From NCBI GenBank assembly GCA_051294375.1, contig CM119264.1, forward strand, positions 20,811,906 to 20,856,420: 44,515 nt of DNA. The letters are read 5' to 3'. The position numbers and the translations under genes were made by a program. Under the pieces are notes generated by a model. That model had not been told where the DNA came from. It did no database searches and saw nothing but the letters and a program-made list of their open reading frames with translations. Of this stretch, positions 12,616 to 24,501 are shown piece by piece; the stretch's first letter is position 1; every line of letters begins with the position of its first letter. The DNA is from Paraspadella gotoi. Its lineage: Eukaryota > Animalia > Chaetognatha.

Positions 12616-13244
12616 AGGCGTAGTGAAAGTTTCATCCGGAAAATTCTAAAAGTCAATTATGAACAACAATACCATCAGTGAACATTAATTTGTAAAAAAA
12701 ATTTATTTATGTTTTTTTTAATTTTTACAGTAAGCTATATTTATATATAGTACTATCCTTATAAAATCGAATATTTCAAAATAAAGCTTTTCTTAATTTT
12801 GATTGCAGATTTGAAATCCTCGTCAAAAGTTGATAAAAAAAAATATAAATCATTTTTAAAAATTCTTTCATTAAGTGGGTTAAAGATTAAAAAAACTATA
12901 TTTAATATATAAAAGTTAATTTTCACCTTAAAATATAGCTAATTTTTGACCCACTTAATGAAGGAATTTTTCAAAAAGGAGTTATATTTTTTTGTTATGC
13001 AACCTTTTATGACGAATTGCCAAATCTGCAAAAACTAATCCTTTAGAAAAAACCTGTTTTGAAATTTTAACACTTTTATGGCATTAGTAACTAGTAGTAT
13101 AGATGATGGCCTACTGCGTAAAATTGTGAAAATTTATTATAATTTTTTATTATTAAATGTTCATGAGTATAATGTTGGTTCGCTTTCTTAGCTTTTAGAA
13201 TTTTTAAATTAAAGTTAAATTTAGCGAATTTTACATAGCGGCCT
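12616..13244. mobile_element. MITE copy 3, independent insertion
   Basis: Starts TA-AGGCGTAGTGAAAG, is colinear with 7122-7751, has a degenerate right TIR, and its flanks are unrelated to those of the other copies. Confidence 0.75.
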
Positions 13245-16025
13245 TTATCTATATAGTATCAGTCGAATCGTTGATTAAGAAACTCTGAGCGTCTTTATTA
13301 GGCCGCCTTCAACAGTTAAAATTTTGTTTTTCTTGGCGAAAGATTTTTGTCTTTGGCTCGAACCCCTTTCCAATAATCCTCGTCTTATGAAGTTAAAGCA
13401 GCATTGATTTTAAATATTTTTTTTTAATTTTTAAAAAAAAAAGAGTAGAATTTCGCGATTGAAGTTGAAAGTGGATTAATCAATTTATTGCGGATTCGGA
13501 ATTGAGCCCAGCGTCTCCGACTATTTAGTCGCGCTGCCGGATATTGTCGCCGGCATTTCGCTTTGTCTTGCCTTTAAGTCGAGAAAAAAAGGTTTATTTC
13601 TGGAACATTGTAGTTTGACTGATTGTAGCGATATTTAAATTTTATTCTTAAATATTATTTTCAATTTAGTTACTGGTAAACGTTTCTATTTTTATCATTG
13701 GTAAAAGAAGGGATGTGCTTTCAGTACGGACTAACTGACTCTCTTGTTAATCCTTTGTATTTGACTTGACATTTTGAAAATAATTCTACTTGGAATGTAA
13801 TGGAATTAGTTATGACATCGCTGACAGAAGACTTACTTGTCTCATTCTAAAGTTCCATCTATTTATAACAACTGAACGTCAATAGATTTAGCGTTAGTAG
13901 TCCCAAAGTTAAAGCCAATAGAATCTGCATTAGGAGTCCCGAACGAGAAGCTAATTGAGTCGCGAAAGATTTTCATTCTCAAAGAGTTCGAGGNNNNNNN
14001 NNNNNNNNNNNNNNNNNNNNNNNNNNNNNNNNNNNNNNNNNNNNNNNNNNNNNNNNNNNNNNNNNNNNNNNNNNNNNNNNNNNNNNNNNNNNNNNNNNNN
14101 NNNNNNNNNNNNNNNNNNNNNNNNNNNNNNNNNNNNNNNNNNNNNNNNNNNNNNNNNNNNNNNNNNNNNNNNNNNNNNNNNNNNNNNNNNNNNNNNNNNN
14201 AGAGAGAGCGTTTTTTATGCCGTTTTGTACATCAAATGCGATCTTCAGTCTTTGCTTTCATCATGTTGTTCGTTAATCATCGTCATAATCATCTTTTCTC
14301 GATTTGTAATAATTTCTAATATTGACATCTTTTGTTTTTGTCTTCGATGAGCCGTTATTTTTTCCTCACTTGTGCTTTCGGGGGCCTGCCGTTAGGGTCG
14401 TTATCGGCATTTTTTCCCTATTTTTTTTTCTTAGACGACGTCTTTATTATTGTCGTCGTCGATGCCTTTGTCCTGGCCTCGTGGAAGGGTTTTCTCTTTG
14501 ATCGCAATCTTTGCATTAAATAGTTTTAGCAAAAGTTGACTTCGGGTTTGGAAAATTCCTCCAAGGGTGGGTGGCATCTGTGACTTTGAAATTTTGTGGG
14601 GTGAGAGAGTGACAAAATTTTGAAATTTTAAGATTAATAAGATCGAGGTAAAAAATTATGTAAAAAAAAGAAAAGAAAAAAAAACGAAAAGAGAAAAAAA
14701 AAGTATTATTGATCGAGACTGCCAGCTATCAAAAAAAATTAATGAAAAAATCCGGGAAAAAAAACGAATCATTGGTGCGATAACGAATTATTGATGTTAT
14801 TATAATTTATTGATATAATAGGAATTAATTATTTATGCGATGATAACCAATTATTGATACGATGATAACCAAATATTGATGCGATGATAACCAATAATTG
14901 ATGTGATGATAACCAAATGATTGATGTGATAATAACCAAATGATTGATGCGATGATAGTCATTCATTGATGTAATGATAATCATTCATTGATACGATGAT
15001 AGTCATTCATTGACGCGATGATTCATTCATCATAAATAAAACAAACATCCGTGTATGAGTGAAAGAGAGAGAGAAAGAGAGAAAGAGAAAGAGAGAGAGA
15101 GAGAAATAAAGAAAGAGAGAAAGAAAGAGAATAAATCCACGAAAATCTCGGATGTAAATTTGGGATTTTGTATTGAAAAAAAACGCGGAAAAAATGGAGA
15201 TAATAAAAGTTTTTAGAAGGAAAAAAATAATCAGAATTTGTTTAAAAAACGAATGATTACACAAGAGATCATACAGAGAGAGGCAGACACACAGAGAGAC
15301 AGAGAGAGACAGAGAGAGAGAGAGACACAGAGATAGAGAGAGAAAGAAAAAGAAGCTGGACAGACGCTGCAGAGCTAGAACTCGTTTACTCGTCGCCTAG
15401 TGACGATGGTAAAATTTAGGTCAAGATGATCGAAATTTATTTTATTTGTGTCATGTTGATTTTTTTAACATTTCTATTGCCATCGAAACGCGTTATTAGG
15501 TCATTGTTTACTCCTTGCCCCGCAATGGCCACGAAGTTATTGTATTTTTGGATTTTGTATTGAAANNNNNNNNNNNNNNNNNNNNNNNNNNNNNNNNNNN
15601 NNNNNNNNNNNNNNNNNNNNNNNNNNNNNNNNNNNNNNNNNNNNNNNNNNNNNNNNNNNNNNNNNNNNNNNNNNNNNNNNNNNNNNNNNNNNNNNNNNNN
15701 NNNNNNNNNNNNNNNNNNNNNNNNNNNNNNNNNNNNNNNNNNNNNNNNNNNNNNNNNNNNNNNNNNNNNNNNNNNNNNNNNNNNNNNNNNNNNNNNNNNN
15801 NNNNNNNNNNNNNNNNNNNNGAAAAGGCAGCATCTGACAAAAAAAAATTATATAATTTCAAAAATAAAAGAAAGGAAAAAAAATTTACAATTGTTTACAA
15901 TTGGAAATTGTTACAATTTTTTCCACTCATAAGTTATAAAAGTTTTTATTTTTATTTGTATTAAAATTAAGATATTGAGAAAGGTTTATTATTTTTGCCA
16001 ATACAATGATTTTTATTATCATTGG

Positions 16026-16062
16026 GACATGTTTCGACTCTAATGGTTTTAGTCTTCATCAA
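16026..16062 (-). ncRNA. Second, variant hammerhead motif in the opposite pseudo-LTR
   Basis: The reverse complement reads TTGATGAAGACTAAAACCATTAGAGTCGAAACATGTC: a C-to-T change in the core and a 4-bp stem II. Confidence 0.55.
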
Positions 16063-16101
16063 CTTTAAAAAACATTAGCAAAAGTGCTCTACACATTAAG
16101 T

Positions 16102-16150
<49 letters not shown>

Positions 16151-16179
16151 AGAGATGGAGGGAGAGTTTCCAACAAAGG

Positions 16180-16435
16180 GCTGAGTAAAGGACAGTGGGA
16201 GATCGAAACGTCCTCCATCATGGTTCAGAGGGGGCTCAAGGGCTTTGATGTAGATAGCCTCTCTAATACCTCTAGAGAACCAATTTTGGTCATGGAACAG
16301 CACGAGGCAGTCGGACTCCCAAAACAGATGGCCAGAAGATGCCGAATGCTCGGCAATAGCCAATAAGAAGTAACCACGTGTGTCACGATATGGCTTTATG
16401 TGCTGTTTGAACCAATCTGAGAGAGACTCGACCAC
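16180..16435 (-). pseudogene. C-terminal fragment of a Penelope-like GIY-YIG endonuclease
   Basis: The translation AIAEHSASSGHLFWES...LVLFHDQNWFSRGIREAIYIKALEPPLNHDGGRFDLP matches the PLE endonuclease C-terminal pattern SAxAEH...GH...W...R.I.EAIYI....P.LN.DGG...LP. Confidence 0.85.
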
Positions 16436-17013
16436 GTATGCTGCTGTGCAAGGTTGGTTGCCCGCCCCGGCACAGGCCGCCCATATATTATATATATATA
16501 TATTTCACTAAACTCTTATCTTATCTATCCCTCACCACTTATTCCTCCCATTTACATTTTTCACCTTAACTAATCTAGCAGTAACGGACTTTACTTTAAC
16601 GTTCTTGTTAATAATTCAAATCTCAGCTTATTCTAAGTTTGTGTCCAAATTTTATCTTTGTTGTACATTGTCAAATGTAATTATATTTGTGTTTCTCTCT
16701 CTCTTTCTCTCTCTCGTCTCTCTTTCACTTTTCACCATATTACAAATTAACTTCTTCTTCTTCTCTGTCCTTCCTTCACCTGTCCTGTTCAGCTGGCCAC
16801 TGTGCCTTTACTCTCAGCCCTTTGTTGGAAACTCTCCCTCAATCTTTTCAACTCTCTCTCTCTCTCCTCTTCGATTCGGATCTACCCCTCTCCCCTCTCC
16901 TCGATCCACTTCCGGGGGCGGGTCGCGTCCTCCTCGTCATCTCCCAGGTCCCCTCTACCTCGCGGTGAGCTCTAACTTAATGTGTAGAGCATATTTGCTA
17001 ATGTTTTTTAAAG

Positions 17014-17050
17014 CTGATGAAGACTCAAACCAATAGAGTCGAAACATGTC
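17014..17050 (+). ncRNA. Minimal type-I hammerhead ribozyme motif, PLE-associated
   Basis: CTGATGA-A, stem II GACTC/GAGTC (17022-26 with 17036-40), GAAAC, palindromic ACATGT stem III and a GTC cleavage triplet. Stem I pairing is weak. Confidence 0.7.
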
Positions 17051-17977
17051 CCAATAATAATAAAAAATTGTTGTATTGGCAAAAATAATAAAACCTTTCT
17101 CAATATCCACTCAGCAACGGAAAGAGAGAAAATAATACAATAGTCCCAGCCAAAAATATATAAACCGTAGTAGTTTTTATATAAAAAAGCGTGACGCCGA
17201 CAACGACGACATCATAACAAAGCTCAACCGAAACAAACTCGAGCCTGGATGGAGCGGTTTCGCCGGCAGGCTCGATAAATATAATTATAAGATAATATTA
17301 GAAAAGAATAGAACGCGGGGAAGACTTAGTCTTAGACTTTGGGCTTAGAGTCAAAAAAGGGAATGGAGATGATGGCTCAGAAAGGGGCTAGACTACGACA
17401 GGGGGCGAGGGCAAGAAAGAGAGGCTAAGAACAGGGGTAAGACCGGAAGAAGGCAAAGAAATGTATAGAGGGGGTGACTGCGGTTCCCCGGGCCGGGAAA
17501 GGCCTCGGATCTCGCCAATTCCCGCGCAAAGATTTTCGGAGGATCACAACAAATCCACAAAAAATGACGCAGAATAAATAAAGTCGCTTTTTCCTCGATA
17601 CGACGAAAGTTGTATTAAAATTCGTCGAAAGTTAATACAACACGTTTCAGGCTGGCAGCGAATAAGATGAGGACGTACGCGTACGTACGCGAACGGATCG
17701 AAAGAGGATGAAAAAGAATCGATTATTTTCCGTGATTCGTTTGATAGAAATTGGATTCGGGCATGAAGTCGCAAAACCAGCGTATAATTTTTTTTTATAT
17801 GAAATCTTCAAAAAAAGGTTTCAGGAACACGACCCTTTTTCCTCTTGAGAAGAAAACGAGAGAAAAACAGATACATCATTATGAAAAGAAAAATTCTCGA
17901 ATTCACTTTCTTTTCTTTATTATCAGACTTTCATTTTCTTTCATTTAATTTTTTTTTCAATTCAGATTCGATCGAAG

Positions 17978-18011
<34 letters not shown>

Positions 18012-18357
18012 AAAACCACGACGATTTTTCGCCAAAACTATGACGTCATCGCAATTTTCAAAATTCAAGGCAGGAAATTAAAAGCCTTTTTTTTTCGTTG
18101 CCACATTGTCCTGACTTTTTATCGAAACCTTCTTCTACCCCTACCCTTCTTTATTTTACCCTTTCTTTTCCTTTTCTTGTCCTGTAGATTAATTGACAGG
18201 GTTCCCTGGATCGAACTTCAGTTTTCGATAATCATGATTGGGCAATTTCACTTCATTAGACTCCCTTTACTAAGCTTTTTCTGTAGATTTTATTTCAGAT
18301 CTCTTTTATTCACCATCTTTTGTGATTTTTTTTTCTGCCATTGTCTTATTATACTTT

Positions 18358-19720
18358 TATTTTTATCGAGCCTACCGGCGAAGCCGGTTCAGGCTCGATA
18401 TTGATTCGGGTCAGCTTCTTTGTGACGTCGTCGTCGTCGTTGTCGTCGTCGGCGTCGTCGGCGTCACACTGTTTTTATATAAAAACTACTACGCTTTTAT
18501 AGGTATGGGCTTGGGCAGACCCTTACCGCTTTTTTTTAAATAAAAATTATTATGAATTATGATAAAGTTTTACAAAAGTGTGCGATCATAGTAAGTTAAA
18601 AATTTAGATATGGCTTCTCATCCTGAAATAGCTTTGATATCTTATTACATTGGATTTAAGTATTTTTTGTTTGAATTCCACTTTATTATAATTTACTGCA
18701 ATATAAAAATGGAGATTATAGTATCATTATAATATCCAAATTAGTATATAGAAATGCTTTAATCTATATTAACATATTGCAGTATATATTATTGAATATG
18801 AAATTTTAAAAAAAAATTTAAATCTCTAATAAAAATGGGAACTCAAAGGATTTTTTTAATGAGAAGTTATATCTTAATTTTAATACAAATAAAAATAAAA
18901 TCTTTTACAAACTATGATTGGAAAAAATTGGAAAAATTTCTAATTGAAACCAATTGTCACATTTTTCTTTCTTTTATTTCTTTAAATTATATATAGATTT
19001 TCTTCCTATTTTTGTCAGTTGCTGCCTTTCTGAACCTTTATAAAACGAGTTCAGGCTCTGCAATGACTGTTCAGCTGCCTTTCAGAGGCTGGCGCTTTCT
19101 TTCTCTCTCTGTCTGTCTCTCTCTCTCTTCTCTCTCTCTCTTCTCTCTCTCTCTCTCTCTCTGTTCGATCTCTTGCTTGATCGTTTTTTGAAAAACTTTG
19201 ATTATTTTTTCCTTTAAAACTTTTATCGCCATTTATTTCGCGCTTTTTCTCAATGCAAAAGCAAATTTACATCCGAGGATTTTCGTGGATTTATTATCTT
19301 TCTTTCTCTCTCTTTTTCTTTCTCTCTTTTCTTTCTCTCTCTCTCTCTTTCTCTCTCTCTCTTCACTCATTCACGCATTTGTTTGTTTATTTTATGATGA
19401 ATAATTCATTGCGTCAATGAATGACTATCATCGCATCAATGAATGACTATCATCGTATCAATGAATGATTATTATCAATCAATGAATGACTATCATCGCA
19501 TCAACCATTTGGTATATCATAATCATATTTGGTTATATCACATCGATCATTTGGTTATCATCGCATCAATTATTGGTTATCATTACATCAATATTTGGTA
19601 TCATCGCGATCAATCATTTTGGTTATCATCGCACTCATCCTTTGGTTATCATCGCATCAATATTTGGTTATCAATGAAGGGAGGCTCGATCCTATTCTTT
19701 TAAGATTTTTTCATTAACTT
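18358..19720 (+). mobile_element. DINE-1/Helentron-associated non-autonomous element, family 1, most complete copy
   Basis: T-run, 5' hairpin TATCGAGCCT-ACCGGC-GAA-GCCGGT-TC-AGGCTCGATA, (GTC)n microsatellite, AT-rich body, (CT)n, 21-22 bp tandem repeats, then a 3' subterminal AGGCTCGAT (19682-19690) and a T-rich end. Several copies occur in the window. Confidence 0.7.
19410..19675 (+). repeat. 21-22 bp minisatellite (TTGGTTATCATCGCATCAATA)n
   Basis: Tandem units. The same unit occurs at 14835-15030 (reverse), 32590-32697 and 33650-33810 (reverse). Confidence 0.9.
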
Positions 19721-20207
19721 TTTCACTTTTTTCTTTTCCTTTTCATTCTTCCTCTTTCTTCCCCTCTCTTATTCCTCCCCCCTATCCCACTAAATTGCGG
19801 CGGGGAAATGGTTGTGATTGAAGCGGCTCTGTCGCGTCGCCTCGTCTCCCGATGTCTGCTTCTTCCCTGAATTATTAAACATCAATTTTTGGCTTCGCTG
19901 TTCGCGCGTCGTTATGGTTTCGTCGACTCCCGTACGATGTTCGACGTTCAACGTTCGTACGATGTTTTCGTTATAAAGGCCCCTACGAAAATCGAGATAT
20001 TTTGTAGCCCACTACGGGGCGACCTTTTAGAAACTTTCGATAATACTCTCGAGTATGTCTTCATCTCGAACCCGAGACGAACTGGGGCCGCGATGAGCGC
20101 TACGCGGCGTCTTCCCTTCTTCGTCACGCCCCCTAATCTCGGGAGGTCGATTTTCTCGGCGCACAACCGATTTTCCGGCTGAGTTGGGGTTTTCGACTCG
20201 TTTTCTC

Positions 20208-20276
20208 ATCCGAGTGACCGAGCGGTGAGATCGTCCCGGCGGAATTGTCAAGGTCCGCGGGTTCGATCCCGACCGA
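20208..20276 (+). other. tRNA-derived sequence (SINE head or tRNA pseudogene)
   Basis: A-box-like TGACCGAGCGG (20215-25) and B-box GGTTCGATCCC (20260-70) at tRNA-like spacing, with AGGTC before the T-arm. No convincing acceptor or anticodon stem. Confidence 0.55.
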
Positions 20277-20847
20277 AATTAAATAATTCAGCTTCGTTTT
20301 GAACTAAAAGGAGGAGCGAATGAAGAGTCGAAGTTGGAGTCGAATATCGTTTTTTTGCGTCGCGTGTTTAGACTTTTGACTCGATTTTAAATTATGATTT
20401 TTTTCTCCGTTTTTTTCGTTCATCTCTCGATTTTAATTTCTATTTTCCCCTTCACTTCTCTTTCAGCCGGTTTTCGTCAAGACGAAAAAGGCTATCGCGA
20501 GGATAAGGGAGAAATTTAAAACCGACGAAGACGATAGGAACGACGACGTCGACTATTTCAGCGACGATGATGAAAAGAACAAAAGCGATAACAACAACAG
20601 CGTCGCGACTCAAATTTCATTAGAGAACTCTGAAAGGCAAGTCAACAGGAAATGCCCTCCCTTCTTGTCTCCGAGCAAAAAAAAGGGGGGGATTAAAAAA
20701 ATAATCAGGGAATTGAAATGGAGATGAAAAAAAGAAAAGAAAAGAAATTGAATCGAATATTAAAAGAAAATCGATGAAAATCACAACGAAAAGTTAATAA
20801 AAAAAAGTTTAAAAAAGCCTTGATTTCGGTTTTGGGAAAGAAAGTTT

Positions 20848-20848
20848 G

Positions 20849-20915
<67 letters not shown>
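20848..20915 (+). repeat. (TCAA)n microsatellite
   Basis: Direct reading. Confidence 0.95.
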
Positions 20916-20923
<8 letters not shown>

Positions 20924-20991
20924 TTCAATCAATAGGTAATTTCATAAGTAAATGATATCAATTTTTTGTTCTCTCCTTAATTTTCTTTACA

Positions 20992-22578
20992 GCGCCACCC
21001 AAGCGCCAACATCGCCATCTTCGTCCCCGTCAAAGCGTCACTTTTTGCGATTTTTCTCCCGTTTCGAAGCGTCACCAGAGGATACGAGAAAAGATTGTCA
21101 CTTGACAACCTCTCGGCCTGATGAAAATGATGCAATGCGCACCGAAGATACGAAAATGCGTAACGAAGAAGGAGGCGCCAAAGCGTTTGAGCGTCGAGCT
21201 AAAGCCTTCGCCTCGCGTTCGCTCTCCTTCATTTGGTCCAATCCTACTGGGCGCCGTCGAAACTCAGAGCCATCGCCGTGGCGCCGAGAAATTGCCTCAG
21301 CGCCATCCTCTCGGCGCCACATTGACGACGCAGCGCCGTACTACGAGCGGCGCAGAAAGTTTACGCCAACGCCGTGGCGCAGAGAGGACGACGCCACGAG
21401 AGAGACTCTGGCGGCGACGAAGCGAAGTATCGAATTTCTCGTCGACGAAAACAAAAGGCTGAAGGAGAAGATGAGGAGGAGGAGGAGATTAAGTAGGAGG
21501 AGCGGAACGAGGTGTGGGAGGAGTGGGAGGGGGACGAACGCGGACGAAGACGACGACGTCGAGGAGGACGATGACAACAACGACGACGATAATCGTCTTC
21601 ATTTGAATGGAAATGGCGCCATCAAAGACCCGTATCGCCACCAGACGCCCGACGGGGGCGTGATGGAGTTTGGCGAGAAGGAGGAGAAGGAGGAGAGGGA
21701 GGGGGAGATGAAGACCGAAAAAGGGACAGAGAATAAAGGAACACGTCTCTCTGCTTTAGGTAGAAACCCGACGAAAAAGATTAGAACGAAAGAAAAAAGA
21801 AACGTTATTAGAGAAACGGTGGAGGAAAGAAAAGAAGGAGATATCGTGGATGGAGAGAAGGGGAGAATAAAGGAGGAAAGAAGAAGAATGAAGAGAAAGA
21901 AAAACATGGGAAGAAGAGGAAGAAGAGGAGAAATCTACGACGACGACGAAGACGACGACTCTGAACATTTTTTGACGAGCGACAACAGGAAGAAGCTAAT
22001 GAGCGAAGTGGCCTTGCAGGTTGGGGGGTGGGAGTGGAGGGCCGGAGGCATTCGGGTCAGTAGGCGAGTGGGTTTGCGATGGGAAGTGAGGGAGAAAGAT
22101 GGCGAGAGGAGATCGCGGGAAATCGTTAATGTGCGGATCGACTTTGTTGAGAATTTTTGACTCTGGTTGGTTGGCAGTAGTGTAGTAGTGGCGCTGGGAT
22201 TGGATTAAGATGAGTCGGGAGGTGGAGGAGTGATGGATATCGCTGCCGCAGAGAACGCGACGGCGCAGAGAATGTTTGGCCCTGGAAAAAACCAGCGAGT
22301 GTCGTGGGCGTGGAGACGGGAGAGAGGAGCTATCTGGGTCTTCGGGGGTAAAAACGATGTGGCTGCTTTCGCCTTCTGTTCCATCGGGCTTCGCGAGCGT
22401 CTCTCCCGTAATGAAGTAAATCATCTGGCACTTGTTAGTCGACGCTTTCAAGATAGGACGGACTATGACGACGATGATGACGAAGCGAAACGATGACGGC
22501 GAAGACGAGGGTGGTGTCCGGAAAATGGATGACGATAATGATGACGACTACTGTGCACTAGATTACGTGCAGTTTTGA
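20992..22578 (+). CDS. Candidate terminal coding region of an unknown low-complexity protein, with frame breaks after 22160
   Basis: TTTTCTTTACAG acceptor, ~390 open codons including the coiled-coil-like ETLAATKRSIEFLVDENKRLKEKM, and downstream coding-like pieces ending DDDYCALDYVQF-stop. Confidence 0.4.
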
Positions 22579-23020
22579 AGCAGAATTTCTACCAGACAAC
22601 ATTAACTCAAATGACGACAACAGCGCAACACAAGTCAGAATTTAATTTTTTTATTTCACTCGAGCTCGTGGATGTTTTTGACGTTTAGTCAAATATTTTT
22701 TTTCTTGACTAGAACGACAGAATAGTTCTTGAAGAAACTAATACGACGACGACAAGGACGACGACAACTGCAACTGCTACTACTATGAACATAACGACGA
22801 TAACATCAAATGAGAATTGATGATTGGCCAATGAAGATCTTTGCAAACGAGGGCTGAAATAGAGACTATTTACATTTTAATTTTCAGGTAGAGAGACGAA
22901 TTCTTCGCTACATTTTCACCTCGTCTGGGGGATTCACCTCTAATCAGGTCGATGCAGGGAACAGAGTGATGGTTTGACTGTTCTTTGTGTAGTTGAGATC
23001 AGAATTGTATAAGAAAAAAG

Positions 23021-23028
<8 letters not shown>

Positions 23029-23106
<78 letters not shown>
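23029..23106 (+). repeat. (GA)n microsatellite; one of many, e.g. 11455-11600, 16103-16145, 36354-36407 and 39451-39553
   Basis: Direct reading. Confidence 0.95.
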
Positions 23107-23110
<4 letters not shown>

Positions 23111-24464
23111 GAGAGCGCAATTTAACAACAAAAAACACGGTTCTTTTTAAACCCTCATTAAATCCGAGTTAACAACTGAGAAAAAGAGAGAGAGAGAGAG
23201 AGAGAGAGGCGAAACACGAGTATTTAAAAGTAAGGACGCCTTCAATTCAAAAAGGCTATTCGAATTAATTGCGGGAAACTGAATTGATTTTAACAAACTT
23301 GCAAAAAAAATTTAAACTAATTCACAAAGGAGAGAAAGAAAAGAAGGTTACTACATCTCCGTCCAAAGGATGAAGGGATTAAAGGAGTATGGAAACTGCT
23401 AGCATTTTCGTTTATCAGAAAAAGAATCTTTCGTAGAAACGACCATAAGAACGTCACACAAAATTTTTGTAGCCCCTTTCCTTCTTGACTTCAACCTATC
23501 TTAACCGTCCCCCAGTTCTCAACCTATCTCAGCTTATCTGGACCTCAACCCGTCAATTCCGATCCTCTGAACCTCAACTTCTCTTTCTCATACTCGACCG
23601 CGCTGTCAACCCCTCTCACCCAAGAATGCCCCGGCCAGCGAGCAAAACACCAGATGGCAAGCCATGCGTGTCGGAGGGGGAAAGATGAAGGGAGAGAGAG
23701 AAGGAGAGAGGGAAAGGTTGCAAAAGAGAGGCACTGAAAGAGCGAGGCGTGGTGAGACGGCGAAGGTCTAGAAAGCCAAACGCCCAGGTGGTCATTAATT
23801 CAAATCGTGAAAAATGGCCGAGTCAAGAACAGGTCGGTCGCCGGGGTTCTCTTTTTCGGGAGGGGCTTGAGTTTTTTTTTTGTTTGTTTTTTTTTAGGTG
23901 CAGAGAGAAAGGGAAAGTGCAAGACTGCATCCAAGGAAAGGGGGTGTTAGGATCTTAACCTGTCGACTGTCGAGAGTATAGGAAGGAAAACTTTTATGCG
24001 AACATGTTTAAAGGGATATCAAAAGTGTAGCTTGTAAAAATATCAGACGCAATGTCAAGCGAACCTTTGACCAGAGAACTAATGAACTATACTATGTACT
24101 ACTAGAGTCGGATCACAGGTAACTCGTAAGAAATCAGCCGCAACATCGCACTCGCCTCGCTTCTTTTCAGAGATTTCGAATCTCTAGGGCAGAAATTTAG
24201 ATCTTAACCGAGGGGTCACGTCAGAGCGGAGTGGAAAGAAAGCTCGGTGCGGAGAGGAAGGGCGGACCGATCGGATTAGGAAAGGGGGCGGAACGGAAAT
24301 GGGGAGTGGCGCCGGGAGGGTGGCCGCAACGCCGCTCTGCCGGGTTTTTCTTTCGGCGCCGTTATGACATCGGGAGGCGGAAACGCCGGAGAATAACGAC
24401 TGACCATTTGGGGGATCAGACGAAACGGACGCTCGTTATTTCTAGGGCGCGGAAGAGGGGGGGG

Positions 24465-24501
<37 letters not shown>

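Larger units (their letters stand above)
15971..17107 (-). mobile_element. 5'-truncated Penelope-like element with inverted pseudo-LTRs
   Basis: GIY-YIG C-terminal coding remnant on the - strand. 15971-16199 is the reverse complement of 16797-17107, apart from ~100 bp of extra sequence in the latter. Both arms carry a hammerhead motif. Confidence 0.8.
14730..17280 (-). mobile_element. Family 1 element copy, interrupted by an N gap and the Penelope-like insertion
   Basis: The 21-22 bp repeats (14835-15030), a body segment (15821-15975) and the head (17143-17280) match 18358-19720 in reverse. Confidence 0.65.

Noticed and set aside
13690-14580. Coding-like minus-strand stretches
   Set aside because: Multiple stops in all frames I read and no recognisable family.
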